From Paecilomyces variotii (Eukaryota): a stretch of DNA of 64,000 nucleotides. Positions 37,462-51,465 of the stretch are shown here, piece after piece. Under the pieces are notes generated by a model. It was not told the origin of the DNA. It searched no databases and saw only the letters and a list, made by a program, of their open reading frames with translations. How positions within the stretch are numbered: the stretch's first letter is position 1; the number at the start of each line of letters is the position of its first letter. The translations under genes and the position numbers were made by a program. The stretch lies in NCBI GenBank assembly GCA_004022145.1, contig RCNU01000001.1; one strand, given 5' to 3'.

Positions 37462-39813
37462 ATGTCTCCAGAGCAAGAAACCTTCCAGCGGCGCGGATCC
37501 GTCTATCAGCAGCGTCGTCTGAGCCAGCATACTATGAAGAATGCCTGGACCGGTCCCCCGCTAGAAGTATGAGCAGTTCTTCTGAACCATAGAATCTCCT
37601 GGCTCCAAATCCTATGGGCTAACTAACAGCACCGCAGACAATCTATGCAGGAGTATCTGCAACCTTCCATGACGGCCAAGCCTCAACGATTGCCATAGCT
37701 GTGCGGAATGCCACCTATCTGCTGGATTTCTTGGAACGCCATTTCGAGCCTGGCGAACGTGCTTCCGGCGCGGAGATCACCGGTCTGATCATCGAGCAAT
37801 TGAGACAATACAGCGAGAATCAGCTAGAGAAGTTCATCGGTGTAGCTATTCCGGCATCGTTGGCGGAGAAGTGTCCGACGCTCTGTTCGCGGGTATGGGC
37901 CGAGTTGGACATCGTACCAATCATCTTCCGCGAGAACAAAGCTTTGGACGAGCCCCAGAACAGGAGATGGGAAGCCAGAAGTGTGGATGAACAGGCGGAG
38001 TCTATGGCCAGAAAGTGTGTCTGGTATGTTTTTCTCGCGCTCTGAAAGAGGTGGGAATGGACTGTTGACGGATATCAGCTTCTTCGGTCCCAACAATAAT
38101 CCCTTGTTGCAAGTGGGCTACCGGGGGATGGTCGAGGTCGACGCAGGCTTCAATATCCGCCTAGTATCTCTGCATGATTACGAAAAGACAGTTGGCCACT
38201 TGACATGGAAGGCTGTCAAGCACTACGCTTCCGATCTCCAAGACAGGAAAGTCAAGATTGCCTTCTTCAGTGCAACACCTCAGGGTGGAGGTGTAGCACT
38301 GATGCGGCATGCTCTGGTCAGATTCTGTCATGAACTGGGAGTTGATGCTAGATGGTGAGCTCCTTACTCGCATTTTTTTTTCTTCTGCGCACGGGGGGTA
38401 TGAGCTAACAAAACGGCAGGTATGTGCCAAAACCGCGACCTGGAGTGTTCCGCATCACGAAAAACAATCACAACATCCTCCAAGGTGTTGCACTTCCTGA
38501 TGAGAGACTCTCACAGCAGAGCAAGGATTTGATCGCGGAGTGGATCAATGAGAATGCCAAGCGGTACTGGTTGTGCGAAGCTGGACCGCTGGTTCCACCT
38601 GAACAAGGCGGAGCGGATGTTATCATTATCGATGACCCACAGATGCCAGGCTTGATTCCACTGATCAAGAAGATCACTCCGAACAGACCGGTTATATACC
38701 GTAGCCATATCCAGATCCGGAGCGACCTCGTTGCCATACCGGGATCCCCACAGGCGGATTCTTGGAACTGGCTCTGGGAGAGTATCAAACAGGCAGACCT
38801 CTTTATCAGCCATCCTGTGAGTGCATTCGTGCCACACAATGTACCCAAAGAGATAGTCGGCTACATGCCGGCATCAACGGACTGGTAAGTTGTTCCATCA
38901 TCCCGTGCGAGAGATGGGAAACTCACTGCTCTCACCAGGCTCGATGGACTTAATAAGACCATGAGAGATTGGGACATCGCCTTCTACGGCCGGATCTTCA
39001 ACGCTTCCTGCAGAAACACTGGAATGCCCACAATCGACCACCCTGACGGCAAGTAAAGCGATTCTCTTTCGGAATTTATGCTAACTCAACTGCACAGACG
39101 AATATATCATCCAGGTCGCGAGATTCGATCCGGCCAAGGGAATCTTTGACGTCTTGGAATCTTACGAAAAGTTCCACAAGCGGTTGATGGACGCTGTGCC
39201 CGCTGCTAGACCGCCAAAGCTACTGATTTGCGGACATGGCTCGGTCGATGACCCTGACGGAAGCTTGATATACGATGCGGTCGTCGAACACATTGAGAAG
39301 AAGGTTCCCCATCTTGCCAAGTTCATCTGTGTCCTACGGCTGCACGCTTCGGACCAAATCTTGAACGCACTTCTCTCCAAGGCCAAGATCGCACTTCAGC
39401 TGTCCACACGGGAGGGTTTCGAAGTCAAGGTTTCAGAGGCAATCCACAAGGGCAAGCCCGTCATTGCTACTATGGCGGGTGGAATCCCACTCCAGGTTCA
39501 GGATAAGAAGACCGGTTTCCTAGTGGATGTCGGTGACACCGACGCTGTGGCACAGCATCTCTTTGACCTGTGGACAGACCAAGAATTTTACGGCCGGGTG
39601 AAGACTCACGCGCTGAACAACGTGAGCGATGAGGTCAGTACGGTGGGTAATACGCTGTCATGGCTTTACCTCGCATCAATGCTGTCAAAGGGCCACAAGA
39701 TCGAGCCCAACGAGCGGTGGATCAACGATATGGCGCGTGAACATGCAGGCGTGCCCTACCCAGAGGATGAGACCAGACTGAAGAGAGCAGTCGAGGTCGC
39801 CAATATGCGGTAG
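37462..39813 (+). CDS. Trehalose phosphorylase/synthase, Ccg-9-like (GT4 glycosyltransferase), multi-exon
   Basis: FFSATPQGGGVALMRHAL, FRITKNNHNILQG, IDDPQMPGLIP, YRSHIQIRSDL, QVARFDPAKG, GHGSVDDPDG, QLSTREGFEVKVSEA. Confidence 0.92.
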
Positions 39814-40209
39814 AAAGGGATATGGTTAGCAGAGGAAGTATAGGGATGGTTTACATCCATGGGTAAGGGGTCACGTTGAAGATATCCTCTCAATCCAAAT
39901 TAGTCCACATAATGTTGAACATATGAACGACAAGTAGACAACTATCAGAAGGCCTTAAAGAAAGTCAATCCAGCCAGATTGCAGAATCTTTAGTTTAAGC
40001 ATCAGGAGAACTCGTTCGCAGGGTATCTTAAAATCACACAAAAAGAAAGAAAGAAAAAAATAATGGAACATCGCAAATCTCCACAACAACCCCAAAATGC
40101 CCTCCCGGGCACAACAGATGATAGAAGGACCCATCATATCCTCCACGACCAGTCAGGTGAAAAAAAGCAAGAGCAAGGTATCGAACTATATCCTGGAGTA
40201 TAATTCCTC

Positions 40210-40933
40210 CTACCTCCCCACAAGCCTATACCTCTCTCTCGCCAACCCTCCTTCCGCCCCCTCAACACCATACCCTTCTCCAACCTCACCCACAATCCTC
40301 GCCGGAGCACCGCCCACCACACACCAGCTCGGAACCACCATCCCCGGAGGCACGACCGCGCCATCAAGTACGTACGCGAAATCTTTCAGAATCGCCATAC
40401 TTCCCACGACCGCTTCCCGACCAATATGCACATGATTCCCCACCGACGCGGCCTCCACGACAGCTCGCTCCCCGACAAAGACATGATCGCCGATCTTAAG
40501 CGGATAGAAAGAATGCACGCCACGATTCAGCCGCGATGGCGGACGCAGGATCGCTTGTTTCGAAATATAACTGTATCGCCCGACAGTGATAGCTACCGAG
40601 GGCGCGGAGGATGATGATTGCGGTGCTGCTGCGGAGTCGTCGTTGCCGGAAGATGATTGAGGAGGTGGTGCGACTCTGTACAAGTCGCCACGGATCACGG
40701 CGTCAGATTGAATCACTGTTTTTCCACCGAGGATGATATGTTGTGTGCCGTGGATGAGGGAGCGGCGGGAGATTTTATTTCCTGTATCCTGGTAGTTTGG
40801 GGGAACGGAAGTGATTAGTTTTGGGCTTTTGTCTTTTTTCTCTGAGTAGGTAGGGGAGCCAGGTGGTTTGGGTTTGGGTTTGGGTTTGGCTTACTGTTTC
40901 GATATACTCTCCCTTGACTGCTTTGGGAGGCAT
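40210..40933 (-). CDS. Dynactin subunit p25 (DCTN5), left-handed beta-helix, 2 exons
   Basis: MPPKAVKGEYIET|DTGNKISRRSLIHGTQHIILGGKTVIQSDAVIRGDL..LKIGDHVFVGE..VEAASVGNHVHIG hexapeptide repeats. Confidence 0.92.
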
Positions 40934-41365
40934 TGTGAAGGATGAGGATGGGCTTCTGGAACGTAATCTGCGGTACGCGTGTTTTGTGTTTATTCCAAGC
41001 GGATGATAAGTAAGACATGATTCAACTTTCTGGAAGCTCCGGGGTAGATAAACTATCATTACTGCCGCTGCTTGGTCCTTGCGGGGAGGAAGGCGGTGAG
41101 CAGGACTTAAGGGGATCTTGTCTCCCATACATAAGTACCTACTTAGGAGGTGCAAGATCTTTGAAACCATTTAGTACATTTTTTTTTTCCAAGATGGTTG
41201 AAGGTCAAGCGTTGCAGCAGCTATAAATAACTAATTGCAGCGTACATAACTATTATGAGGCATAGCTAGCTAGAAACAGAAACAGAAATCACAATCAGGT
41301 ATCACCAAATAATAAATTATCATTCCCATCGACTATCCTCTTTGCTTGTCATTATCATACCTCAA

Positions 41366-44300
41366 CTAGTTACGTCCCAATGAGGTGGACCGTCTCTTCA
41401 GCGGAGGCATGTCACCATCCCAGTGTACTTTCATAGCTATTATTATAGTCAGCATACACCACTCTAAAGTAACCCTGAAAAATAGGAGAACTTACTTAGC
41501 GGGAAGACGAAGTAGCCTCCATGATCTTCACGCATGTAGATGTAGAAACCGCCCGGACGCGGGATCTTCTTGAGTTGTCCTTGAGCGCCTGGGGCACGTC
41601 GGAGGTTGTCCAGTCCGCCCACGACGCGGAGCATAGCAGTCAAGGCGACTTGGCTTGCCTCCTTGCCTAGGCACGTGTGAGGTCCGACACCATAGTGAAT
41701 GTAGGAATCCAAGGGACGATCGAGGCGGACCTCATGCGGGTTCGGGAACACCTTAGGGTCGCGAGCGGCGCCAACCTGTTTCGAATTAGAAAATGAAACC
41801 CGGGACAAAAGATAGTAGTATCATAGACATACGAAGCTGACGAAGACTTTGTCTCCAGGCTTGATGTTCACTTGACGACCGTCATCGTCAACAGTGAGGT
41901 GAGTAGTGGATTCGCGGTAAGAGCCGAATGTGCCGTTGAGACGGATACCCTCCATGCAATAATGGAGCAGCTTCTCATCAGATTCTGGTGTATTCTCCTT
42001 TGCGAGTCTGTTAATATCAGGAAGATGAATCTTTCCCTCATCAGAGAGATAGTAGTCCAGAATTTGAGTGAACTATAGACCTTGATCAGCCGATATTTCT
42101 ACATATACTGGGGTTTTAAATACTTACCACCTGGGACTGATTCGGAACCATTGCAACTGCAGTAGGCAGGATCTGAGACCAAGTGATCTCGGAAACACCC
42201 AGTCCGCTCTCGAGAAGTCTGCGGATCATGTGGATACCATAGTCCTCGAGAGCGTTGTGGTTGCGGCGAAGGCCGTCAATAAAACTAGATAGGAAGCCTG
42301 TCGCGCTGACTGACTTGACATTCGCCTCCACAATCTTGCCCAGCTGTTGCGCAACAGCACGAGCGGCATGTCGCAGGGGGAAGGACTTGGCAGGGTCCAG
42401 ATCGAAAAAGATGCATGTGAAGATGACAGCCATGATCATGTACATCTCGTGCTCGGTGAAGATACCACGAGGATTCTCCTTTGTCTTCAATGGCAGAGAA
42501 AAGATGTTGGAAGCGAAATGCACATGGGCAAGGTTGCCAACACTGCTCCTGTTAGCATCTGCTAAACAACGTAAGATATTGGATCCGGGGTAGAACTTAC
42601 TCTCGCGTGATATCAACCTGATTAATTCCGGCAATCTTGCACGACTTCTCCTGGAGAAGGCTCAAGGTAGTTTGCTCGTAGAACTCCTTGACGTGCTTGT
42701 GCCACTGGTCTCGGTAGAGGGACTTGCTCATAGTTTCACGCTGCTTTGCATGGAAGGATGTATCCCCAGACAGCATAAAGTCCAGACCACCTTTACCGAA
42801 GAGGAATCCGGTTGCCTCGCCCCAAGTGACGCGGAAGTCCTTTGCATTCTCCAGGATGATCTTGGCTGCTGGGTAAGATGTCAAATTCACTCTCGGAGGA
42901 ATCAAAGCAGGACGATCCCAAGAATAGTCAGATTCTCGGCCGAGATTCTTCATGATGACCTTGTTCTCACTGGGGATGGTCATGGGATAATGAGCATAGA
43001 TAGAATCAGGCTTGAAGTAGTGCGGGAACACGCGCAACATCAGCTTATAGAAAACGCAACCCTGGTTGATATTGAGGTCGTAGGCAACCTCGTTCCAACC
43101 CCAGTTTGTCAGGTTCTTGGGGTGATGGTCGATCTAAAGGGATTGGTCAGTTCGAAGCTTATAGAAGCAACTGATCTCCTAGAAACATACAGTATAGAAT
43201 CTATCTCCACGAACAAGGGCCACTGCATCGGACAGAATGGCACGAGAGATAGTGTAGGTAGGAGCAATACCGACACCTGGCACCATGGGATACTTGGCTT
43301 CCTCGGACACAATACCGGGATAGAGCTCAACGTAGTCAGGGTGCTCATATAGATGACGAAGTTGATCAGCGACTTCAGGATCGGAGTTGATCTCCTCGAA
43401 GGTCTCGTATGGCTTGAGATTAAAGAACTTGCGGAACTCATTCAGCGACCCAACCTGCCATTTACGGGCTTGCTGGATACCCAGAATCTCGATGGCTCGA
43501 AGCGCCTTAGGGACGTTACGGGCACCAAAAGAACCTATGATTTGTAAGTAAAATACCGCATATGCCGCGATCAGTACTCACCAGCAACATCCTCGATTGC
43601 ATCCGTTAGGATCTTCACCAGTTCCTCGTCCTTGAATGTTCCATCTTCCTGACGTTGAAGATGGGCGAAGGTGCGCTTCGAGGGGTCCTTGTCCAAAGAG
43701 CTCTCGTACTTGCCAAGACCAATCAAGAGTTCCTGCATGGAAACCTCGCTCGCTGGCTTTCCAAATAGCTCCTTGTAGACATTTTCGGTCCACTCTTCAT
43801 CTTTCGCGCTGGTTGCAGAATGCCAACGGTAAGCAAGGTTGAACTCAACAGAGCACTGGTTACCTAATCCTTCCGGAGTAGTCTCCTTTCCTCCTTGCTT
43901 GTCCATTCTTGCACGTGGATCCTACTGCCGTTAATATATGAAGCCAATTATGCACAGGAATTGCACCACTTACCAAACACCAGGTGGAATTGCTTCTGTT
44001 CAGATTGATAATTGTGCGCAGATAGTCATACAGGATGATGTTGATGTAGAGTCCGCAAGTGACGCTGTAAACGTATTAGAAGAAGCTTCGGTTATGTTAG
44101 CTCCGGTGCTTACAGTCTTCCAGTCTGGAACAAGTCTTCATCATATTTAGCCCACGCCTTCTTGGCTGCCTCCGGCGCAAGGCCGTCCCGGGGCTTAGTG
44201 AATCGACCATTTTCATTTATCATGGCCAGTTGCTCGACAACATAGTTATGGAATCTGCGTGCTGTCAGTGACCCTGTCGATTTATGGGATAATTGGACTT

Positions 44301-45385
44301 CCTTGCCTGTTCAGCATAACCAGGAGCACACAGCAAGCTGCAGGGAATGCCTGAAGACGAGGTTCGGAGAAGCTGTCCGGCTTCAGTTTTCCATCCTTGA
44401 ATGTTCGTATCATATCTTGCTCTTCCTTGACGTCACCATAGAGAGTAGATAGATCTAGGTAACCTGAAGTCTTTGAGAGATGAGGATTTCTGTGGTCTGT
44501 TTGGAAAATATCTACGTGGTGTTAGAGCTAGGTATAACAGAATATTGAGCAGTGCATACGTACCATGGATGACCAGCGATGCCCAGTCAAAGAAGAGACT
44601 GGAGACCTTGTTTGGATGAGGCGTGAACTTTTCTCGAGCAAATAGACTATCGAAAATCAGCCCGGGGTCGGGCAATGCTCCGGGCTGGATCGTCGATGGA
44701 GGAATCGATCGAGCATATGGAGTATTGGCAGCTCCTAGCCATGGTAGGGTGGGGTTGTTGTTAGATCCATCAGCAGATCTGTAGGCATATTCGTCTCCCA
44801 TGTACCTGTAGAAGCCTCAGTATTCCGCTCCCATCGGAAACATGTATATAACTCACGAGAGTGGTGGGTGCGGAAGAGCCGTCCAGAGTTCATCCAAGAA
44901 AGCATTGGTGAGCTCGGTGCGATTTTTGGAGTGAGATGGAAGACCGCTCACGAGCTGCCATAGTTTCAGTTATACAGAAAGTAATGAAGATGACGCAAGC
45001 TTCGTACTTGAATGATTCTCTCCATAAGCATAGTCTTGTCATCCACATATTCGCCCTTGGCCTTGTTCTTCATCACATCTTTCAAGGTATTAACATCCTT
45101 GAAGCCAAGAGACTTCAGATCTTGAAAAAGACCACTGGAACCATCGGTCTCAAGGTACGTTCCATCTCCAGATTGAGTTGGAAGTGGTCGGCGCGACGCA
45201 TGTATAAGCTGCGCATACTTCTCGAATGTAGCTGCTACTTCGCTTCGCTTGACGCCATGTTCTTCCTCCCGTGAGTTTCGAGGAGAACGCTTGTGGTTTT
45301 GCTTCCCGTTGGCTTGAACGCCATTTTCTTTGGATGAATTGTCCCCTTTGGACTTCCTGAAAGTGGATGAAAACCTGCGCATCAT
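41366..45385 (-). CDS. ppoC: Fatty-acid dioxygenase-cytochrome P450 fusion, PpoC (10R-DOX) type, many exons
   Basis: N-terminus MMRRFSSTFRKSKGD. DOX motifs YRSADGSNNNP, WASLVIHD, YDYLRTIINL, EFNLAYRWH. P450-like C-terminus RDPKVFP..FYIYMRED with HYGVGPHTCLG. Confidence 0.9.
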
Positions 45386-47785
45386 TGTGCCTGCAGTTAG
45401 GGTTTCTGTGACGGCACACAAGAATTAGGAAATTGGGATAAGGCTCTTCTTCCATAATCTCCCACTTTGAGTATTTAAAAGAACCCCGGAAAGAAAGCTA
45501 ATAGCCTGGGAGTGGACCATTTCAATAGCAGACTCAAGCCACCAATACCGGACCGTCTATTTGTCGCAACTCCATACAATGATGTGCTCCGTGTCAGTAC
45601 TGAGAGCTCCGCCAATCCTGGCCACAGTGGATACCTGCTCAAGCCCATCGTGAACAAATGAGATCACAGATATAGCTGCTCCAATAGAACAAATTTTGAT
45701 GATCAGGGTGCGACCCAAGCTCCCTCGTGATGGTCATCCACTGATTCCATGTCCAGCTGGAGCTGTATGTGGGAACTATGGCAACCAATAGTTCCAGTAG
45801 ATCGTAAACGCGAGGGGTACACCCAGCAATTCATTGTCCGGCTCTGCAAGCCACGCGGAAGACCTAGCCCACGAAGGTAGCTTATTATTTATGACCAGTA
45901 TGTTTCCCTTCTCATTCTAGAATCCCTGCAGGAAAGGCCATGTAGTGCCGAAGAATTAACCGCCAGGTGAGATCCGGGTCAACAGAACATAATTGTTAGT
46001 CAACGAGAACAGTCAATGGCATGCAGTTGGTAACATTGACCGCGGGGCATTCCAGTCTACATAGCTTTCCCGTGCACCATAACTGCTGAACAAATGACCA
46101 GCTGAGAGAATCCTCTAGCTATGTGCATTGAGTAGCCGACCATGATCACTAAAATCCCGATGCTAACCTTGCACAACTTCGCTGTTATCTTTGAACTAGT
46201 GTGGATAATGCGTAGGAGGCTGTCTGAGAAATGAACGACGATCCAAATTCTCCACCACTAAACTCAAAGAGACCTTGAGGCTTGAAGATAATTCAGAAAG
46301 CTCTGAAGCAGGTCATAGATAGAACTATAGTTGTGACTAGCGAATAAAAAGCGCCGAGATGGTCTGCTATCTCATATTAGCGCGACATTCAGGTGGCACG
46401 GTGTTCTGACTCCAGTAATAATCGGGGTGATCAGATCAGCGTGTGGTCTGGTTTTCAGCTCGCCATCGAGATGCTATGAAGATCAGATCGTCCCAGGGGA
46501 CCACGAGCCGAGCTTGTTCAACGAATCGAGAAGCGGGTGTTTTGTCCTGACCTCGTTTGTGGTCACCGTTATTATTCATAGCAGTTCGCGGAACGGTGGA
46601 GCAGACCGCAAGATCTTCTCTCAAGCCTTAGTTGGGCTTCCAATGACAACGCCTGCTCAAGTCTGGGGCGATCGGGTGCGCCCGAGTCCCGGCCGGACTG
46701 ATATCGCTTTTACCATAAGATCATTTAGCTCCGTAGTTCGTTACCCGCCAGCCGGGATCGTTCGTTGTCCCCGCAGGTGGAGTTGGGTTTGTTTACCCCA
46801 TCCACCATGTTGTACTGTATTTTGCTGATATCCAGATCCGAGTACGGAGGAATAATGGCTCCACTCCCACAACACATATGAACCTCCTTCTCATCGTCAG
46901 TGGCTAGCAATTCAAATCATGCTCAGTAATCCACTCGCACTCACTGGAGTCCACTCCCTTCGGTCCGAGCTCCAAGCGGCCCTTGCGTCTGGGCTCTGAC
47001 CTAACCTCATATTTGGGTCGAGGTTCAATTGTTCATGCATGCAAAAGCCCTGGTGGCATAGCTTCCTTGAAGAAAGCATCCCCGAACAGAAATCAGAGTG
47101 ACGATCCTTAGACCCCGACGCATGTTGCCATTTGGCTCGGGTCGCTGGCCAGCGTGCTAACGAGGACCTACAGTAAAGGCTTCGGCAAAATCCACCGTAA
47201 AGATTTGTCATGCATCTTAATATCGGTGGAACGTGGATTGGATTTCATACTGATGCGAGAGTGTTCGCTTACTCAGTTCGCGACGGGATTTCCAAAGTTT
47301 CAAAAGGTACTGGCTGGATCTCGTGGCATGAATTCCTGTATTATCGCTCTCCTATTTGCCAACAGCGCTGAGTGAGATCTAGCGAACAAGGCTGCCCATT
47401 TTCCACCTTGCGCGCAGAAATGGGTTTCTCCTCCAGCCATGCCGGTCCACATCTGCACTCAAGGCCCCCGGTCTGACTTCACGAGGTCATTATTGAGGAA
47501 CATTGGCTGTGCTGATCAAGGACCCGGCAATATGGGTGTTTTCTATTCGCACACCCTTCGGAATGAGTGTGCACAGTTCTGTAGATTGTCCTCTGATTCG
47601 CCGGTACTCCGTTTCGTGCAAAGCTGTAGAGAGTAAGACTCGTATTTCCCTATATAACGGCTCTTTGCGCTATATCTGGCTCTTAGCAGGCACCGTTCTC
47701 CGACTCCTTGGCTTGCATTTTCCTGTGCCAGGCCCAAGTAGATTCTAGAGGGATCAGGTTCTTTCCTTGTCTCCCTGTTACCAAT

Positions 47786-49729
47786 ATGGCGACCGTTGGT
47801 CCTGCCCTTCCCCCGAAAACTTTCGTCTTGTGTTTTGATGGCACAGGAAATAAGTTCTCGGGCGATGAGTCTGACAGTAATGTGCTTAAAATCTTCCGCG
47901 TAAGTTTCCGTCTACTAGCAGGTTAGGCCAATGGTTAATTCGCTGCCCAGATGTTGGACCGCAATCGGGGTAATCAGTACCATTATTATCAGCCTGGAAT
48001 CGGTACATATGTAACAACCACGTCCCTTTCCAACCATGGAACCTTCCATCGCATCAAATCAGCGTATATGAAGGCGAAGGATTCAGCAATTGGGTCGTCA
48101 TTCGATGATCATGTCATGGGTGGATATAAATTTCTGATGCGGTATTATACGCCCGGGGATGACATCTATTTTTTTGGCTTCAGTCGAGGTGCCTATATTG
48201 CCCGCTTTCTTGCGGAAATGCTTGACTATATTGGTCTCCTGGAGTCTGGGAACGAGGAATTGATCCGGTTTGCATGGAAGACATTTGCCAAATGGCAACA
48301 GAGGGCTGGAGACACCGAAGAGGATCGTAAAGAGAAAAAGAAGTTGTTCAATTACATGAAAGCCTTCCGCGAGACGTTCAGTCGGCCTGTCAGTCGCATC
48401 AGATTCATGGGTTTATTCGACACGGTAAACAGTGTTCCACGATTTGAGTCTGCTTGGATGCAACGCAGCAAGTTTCCATACACGGCTCGAAGTTCCGCAA
48501 GAGTCATTCGTCACGCCGTTGGAATCGACGAGCGCCGTGCGAAATTCCGCCAGGATCTGATCTCAGAAGCTAGACCTTGGAAGGAATCTAATCACCATAG
48601 GCATTACTGGAGGAACAAACTCCACACGGATGGTACAAAGCACCAGGAAAAGCCAGAGGTTGTTCCCACGATCGTGCTCAATGACAATGACAATCAAGAG
48701 ACCGCAGCCAGGACACAGGGAAAGCAGCGGGGTCACGATGACAGCGATTCAGTATATCGCACTCCGCATAGCTCCCGACCTGGCAGTCTGCACAACGAAC
48801 AGAGATACCGACCTCCATCTCCGAATAGGAACGCTGGCCTTGAAGTCCCAATCCAGGCAGCCTCGACGGAGGACCTGGCTTCCATTCGCAGCGGCGTCTC
48901 TGGGACCTCACTCCAGGTTCCCGGTTTCTCCTTTGATGCTAACGAAGATGAGACTGCTCAAGATATCGTGGAAGTATGGTTCCCTGGTGGCCATGCCGAT
49001 ATTGGAGGTGGTTGGAAGCTGGCAGAAGGCGAGGTCTGGCCACTTAGCCACGCTCCTCTCGTTTGGATGGTGCAAGAGGCGCAAAGAACGGGACTCTCCT
49101 TTGATCCTAAGAAACTCAAACAGTTCGAGTGTTGCGAGGAGTACTCGGGGGACTTCTCCCCTATCAGCAGCCGAAGCGTCAGCCCTGACCTGACGGCAGA
49201 AAATAGCGAGAAGAGGACTGAGAGTTATCAGGCGCGGTATGGTGGCAGTCGCAAAATGGATCAGTCCATCTTAAGTTATAACTTCCACGAGGCACTGCGC
49301 CTTTCCAGCACCAAGGGTCTGCTTCACGACTGTCTCCAGTTCGGAGCCGGCTTGCCCTTCTCCTCTGTTCTCTCGTGGCGCATAATGGAATATCTTCCAT
49401 TTCGACGTATGGATCTTCAACCGGATGGGTCGTGGAAACCAATTCGATGGCCTCTTCCGTGTGGAGAAGTGCGTGATATCCCATCAGATGCACAGATCCA
49501 TGTATCTGTTATCCGTCGCCTGCAAGCAGATCCTACTTACCGCCCTGGCAATCTCATCGTGGGTGGAGGTGGTCGGGGTGTCAGAAAGGCCCCAGAAGAG
49601 TATGGTATAGGTGAATGGGTTATATTCCAGAATGAGGGAGACCCGGTCAGGGAGACCTACATCCGGAAGAGTCATTCTAAAAGGTGCAGGGATGACCACT
49701 TGAGTAGATGTCTCGAGATTGGTCATTGA
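47786..49729 (+). CDS. DUF2235 (Tle1-like) alpha/beta hydrolase, 2 exons
   Basis: VLCFDGTGN..SNVLKIFR|MLD, YYQPGIGT, nucleophile GFSRGA, GLFDTVNSV, RHAVGIDERR, EVWFPGGHADIGGG. Intron 47900-47950. Confidence 0.9.
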
Positions 49730-51465
49730 TTGAGACCTTCGTGATTGTCTAGCCCATGGAAGTCCGGCTCTAGCAGATAGGGGGCGCAATGATATCTTTT
49801 CTTTCTTGTGGTTACTGGAGTGATGAATTTGTTATATCCATGTTCCTTCGCGATTTGACAATCAGGCACTTTTTTTCATAACGAGGACGAACCTATTTGG
49901 CATGATGAATCTGTGAGCAATTTGGATATGCTTAGTGGCTCTTGTAACTAAATAATCTTAGGACCTACCGATGGTCGATATTATCACATGAAGCATGATG
50001 TCAACGAGATCGCACTTCAGTTAGTTTAGAGGGAATATTTCACGTATCGAGCAAAGATCTTACGCGAGTCTACATGCGTATGTGTAAGGAAAAGAGGAAG
50101 AGATGTCTCTGCTGTCAGTGATTGCCTGGTCTCAGGGAAGGCTGGCCGTGAAGCTTTCAAGAGGCTGATAAGATCAGTAGTGTGCAGTCTCAACCTCGCC
50201 ATCTCTCTTTCAAAAAGAGAAGGAGGAAAAGGGAACAACACTCGGTGCATTCGTACGGAGTATTATTTGATGCGGTGAGGCATGTTTCACCGAACTATTA
50301 TCGAAAATTCTCCAATAGTAGTCCACTATGGTCATAGCGGACAGTTCAGAGTCTCGATTGCCACAGTTCGTTCTGTCGCTCAGCGGAGAGGCAAAATCCA
50401 GCGCCATCGGCGGGAATCGCCCCTTACCACGAGGCATGCCCAAGATGCCATTGGATGTAAGACAGACCGCTCTCATGGATAGCTTGTCGAAGTCCAGACG
50501 TCCAGATAAACGCTAGAACGATGGTTTCTCCTGGCGACGAGAGGCTAATGCGAGCACCCGTCCAATGCCAGAGGGAGATGCTTAGTTTCTGCCCATCTGG
50601 CTGACTGTATGTATACCAAAATCCGAACAGAGACACTGGTAACCACGACGTGGACAGTTTCCAGTGCAACAGCACTACAAGAGAGAGAGCAGTCGAGAGG
50701 CTGAGAGTCCAGACCGTTGCATTGTTGATTCAGCTACGGCGGTCAAGCCGCATACCAGACCGCCCAGAACGTGCTTCATCAGGATGTTCGCGCTGACACG
50801 TTGAGAAGCCAGGCGTTGCAGACGGAAACAGACACTTTCAAGAGCCAGTGGACGTTCCAGAAGCGATCTTTTTGGCGTGGCGTGCCCAGTGGAGGGGAAA
50901 CGGGGAGATTGAAGTGAGCCAAGTGAGACTAGAGAGGAGAGCGAACAACAACGGGAGATCAGGAGGTCTGGAGTTCTCCGCGTTTCGCTTCTCGGGTCTT
51001 CCACCAGGACGGCGTCAAGTTCACATTAACACTGGACTCGTTCTTCTTTTCTTCTTCTTCTTCTTCTCCTTCTGCCACTCAACCCCCCTCGATCGCTGCT
51101 TGTTCCTTCCGGCAGCTTTCGGGCTCAACGCCCTTTGACATAGAGTTAGCCTCTCCTTTCCGGCGTCCTTTCCGCTTGGTCCTCCCCAGATCTTTGACCT
51201 CATCATTTGCACACCCGACTCCATCCGGCCAGCAAGCTCATCCAGGTCGACAACAGCCGAGATTCCCATTCCCAAGCTCTTCCGGTTGAAGCTTGCCAGC
51301 TGTCGTGCATCCTTCGTCACTGCTCTGCTCGTGTCCGTCGATACAGGCGGCGCTTGGAGCGGCCCCTGGTCGCTCAGCGAGTCTCGCCGGTTCCCAAGCA
51401 TGCGACTGTGAGAGCTGCAGGTTCTGGTCGTCTTGTCCTACGTTCGAATATTAAGGGAGACCGCC

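Noticed and set aside
40865..40890. (TTTGGG)n tract as an interstitial telomere
   Set aside because: About four units inside the p25 intron and not TTAGGG. An ordinary microsatellite.
45396..45405. Telomere-template-like AACCCTAAC on the minus strand (also CCCTAACC near 60456) as possible telomerase RNA
   Set aside because: 8-9 nt matches are expected by chance. The first lies immediately before the ppoC start codon, and no pseudoknot or CR4/5 support could be seen.
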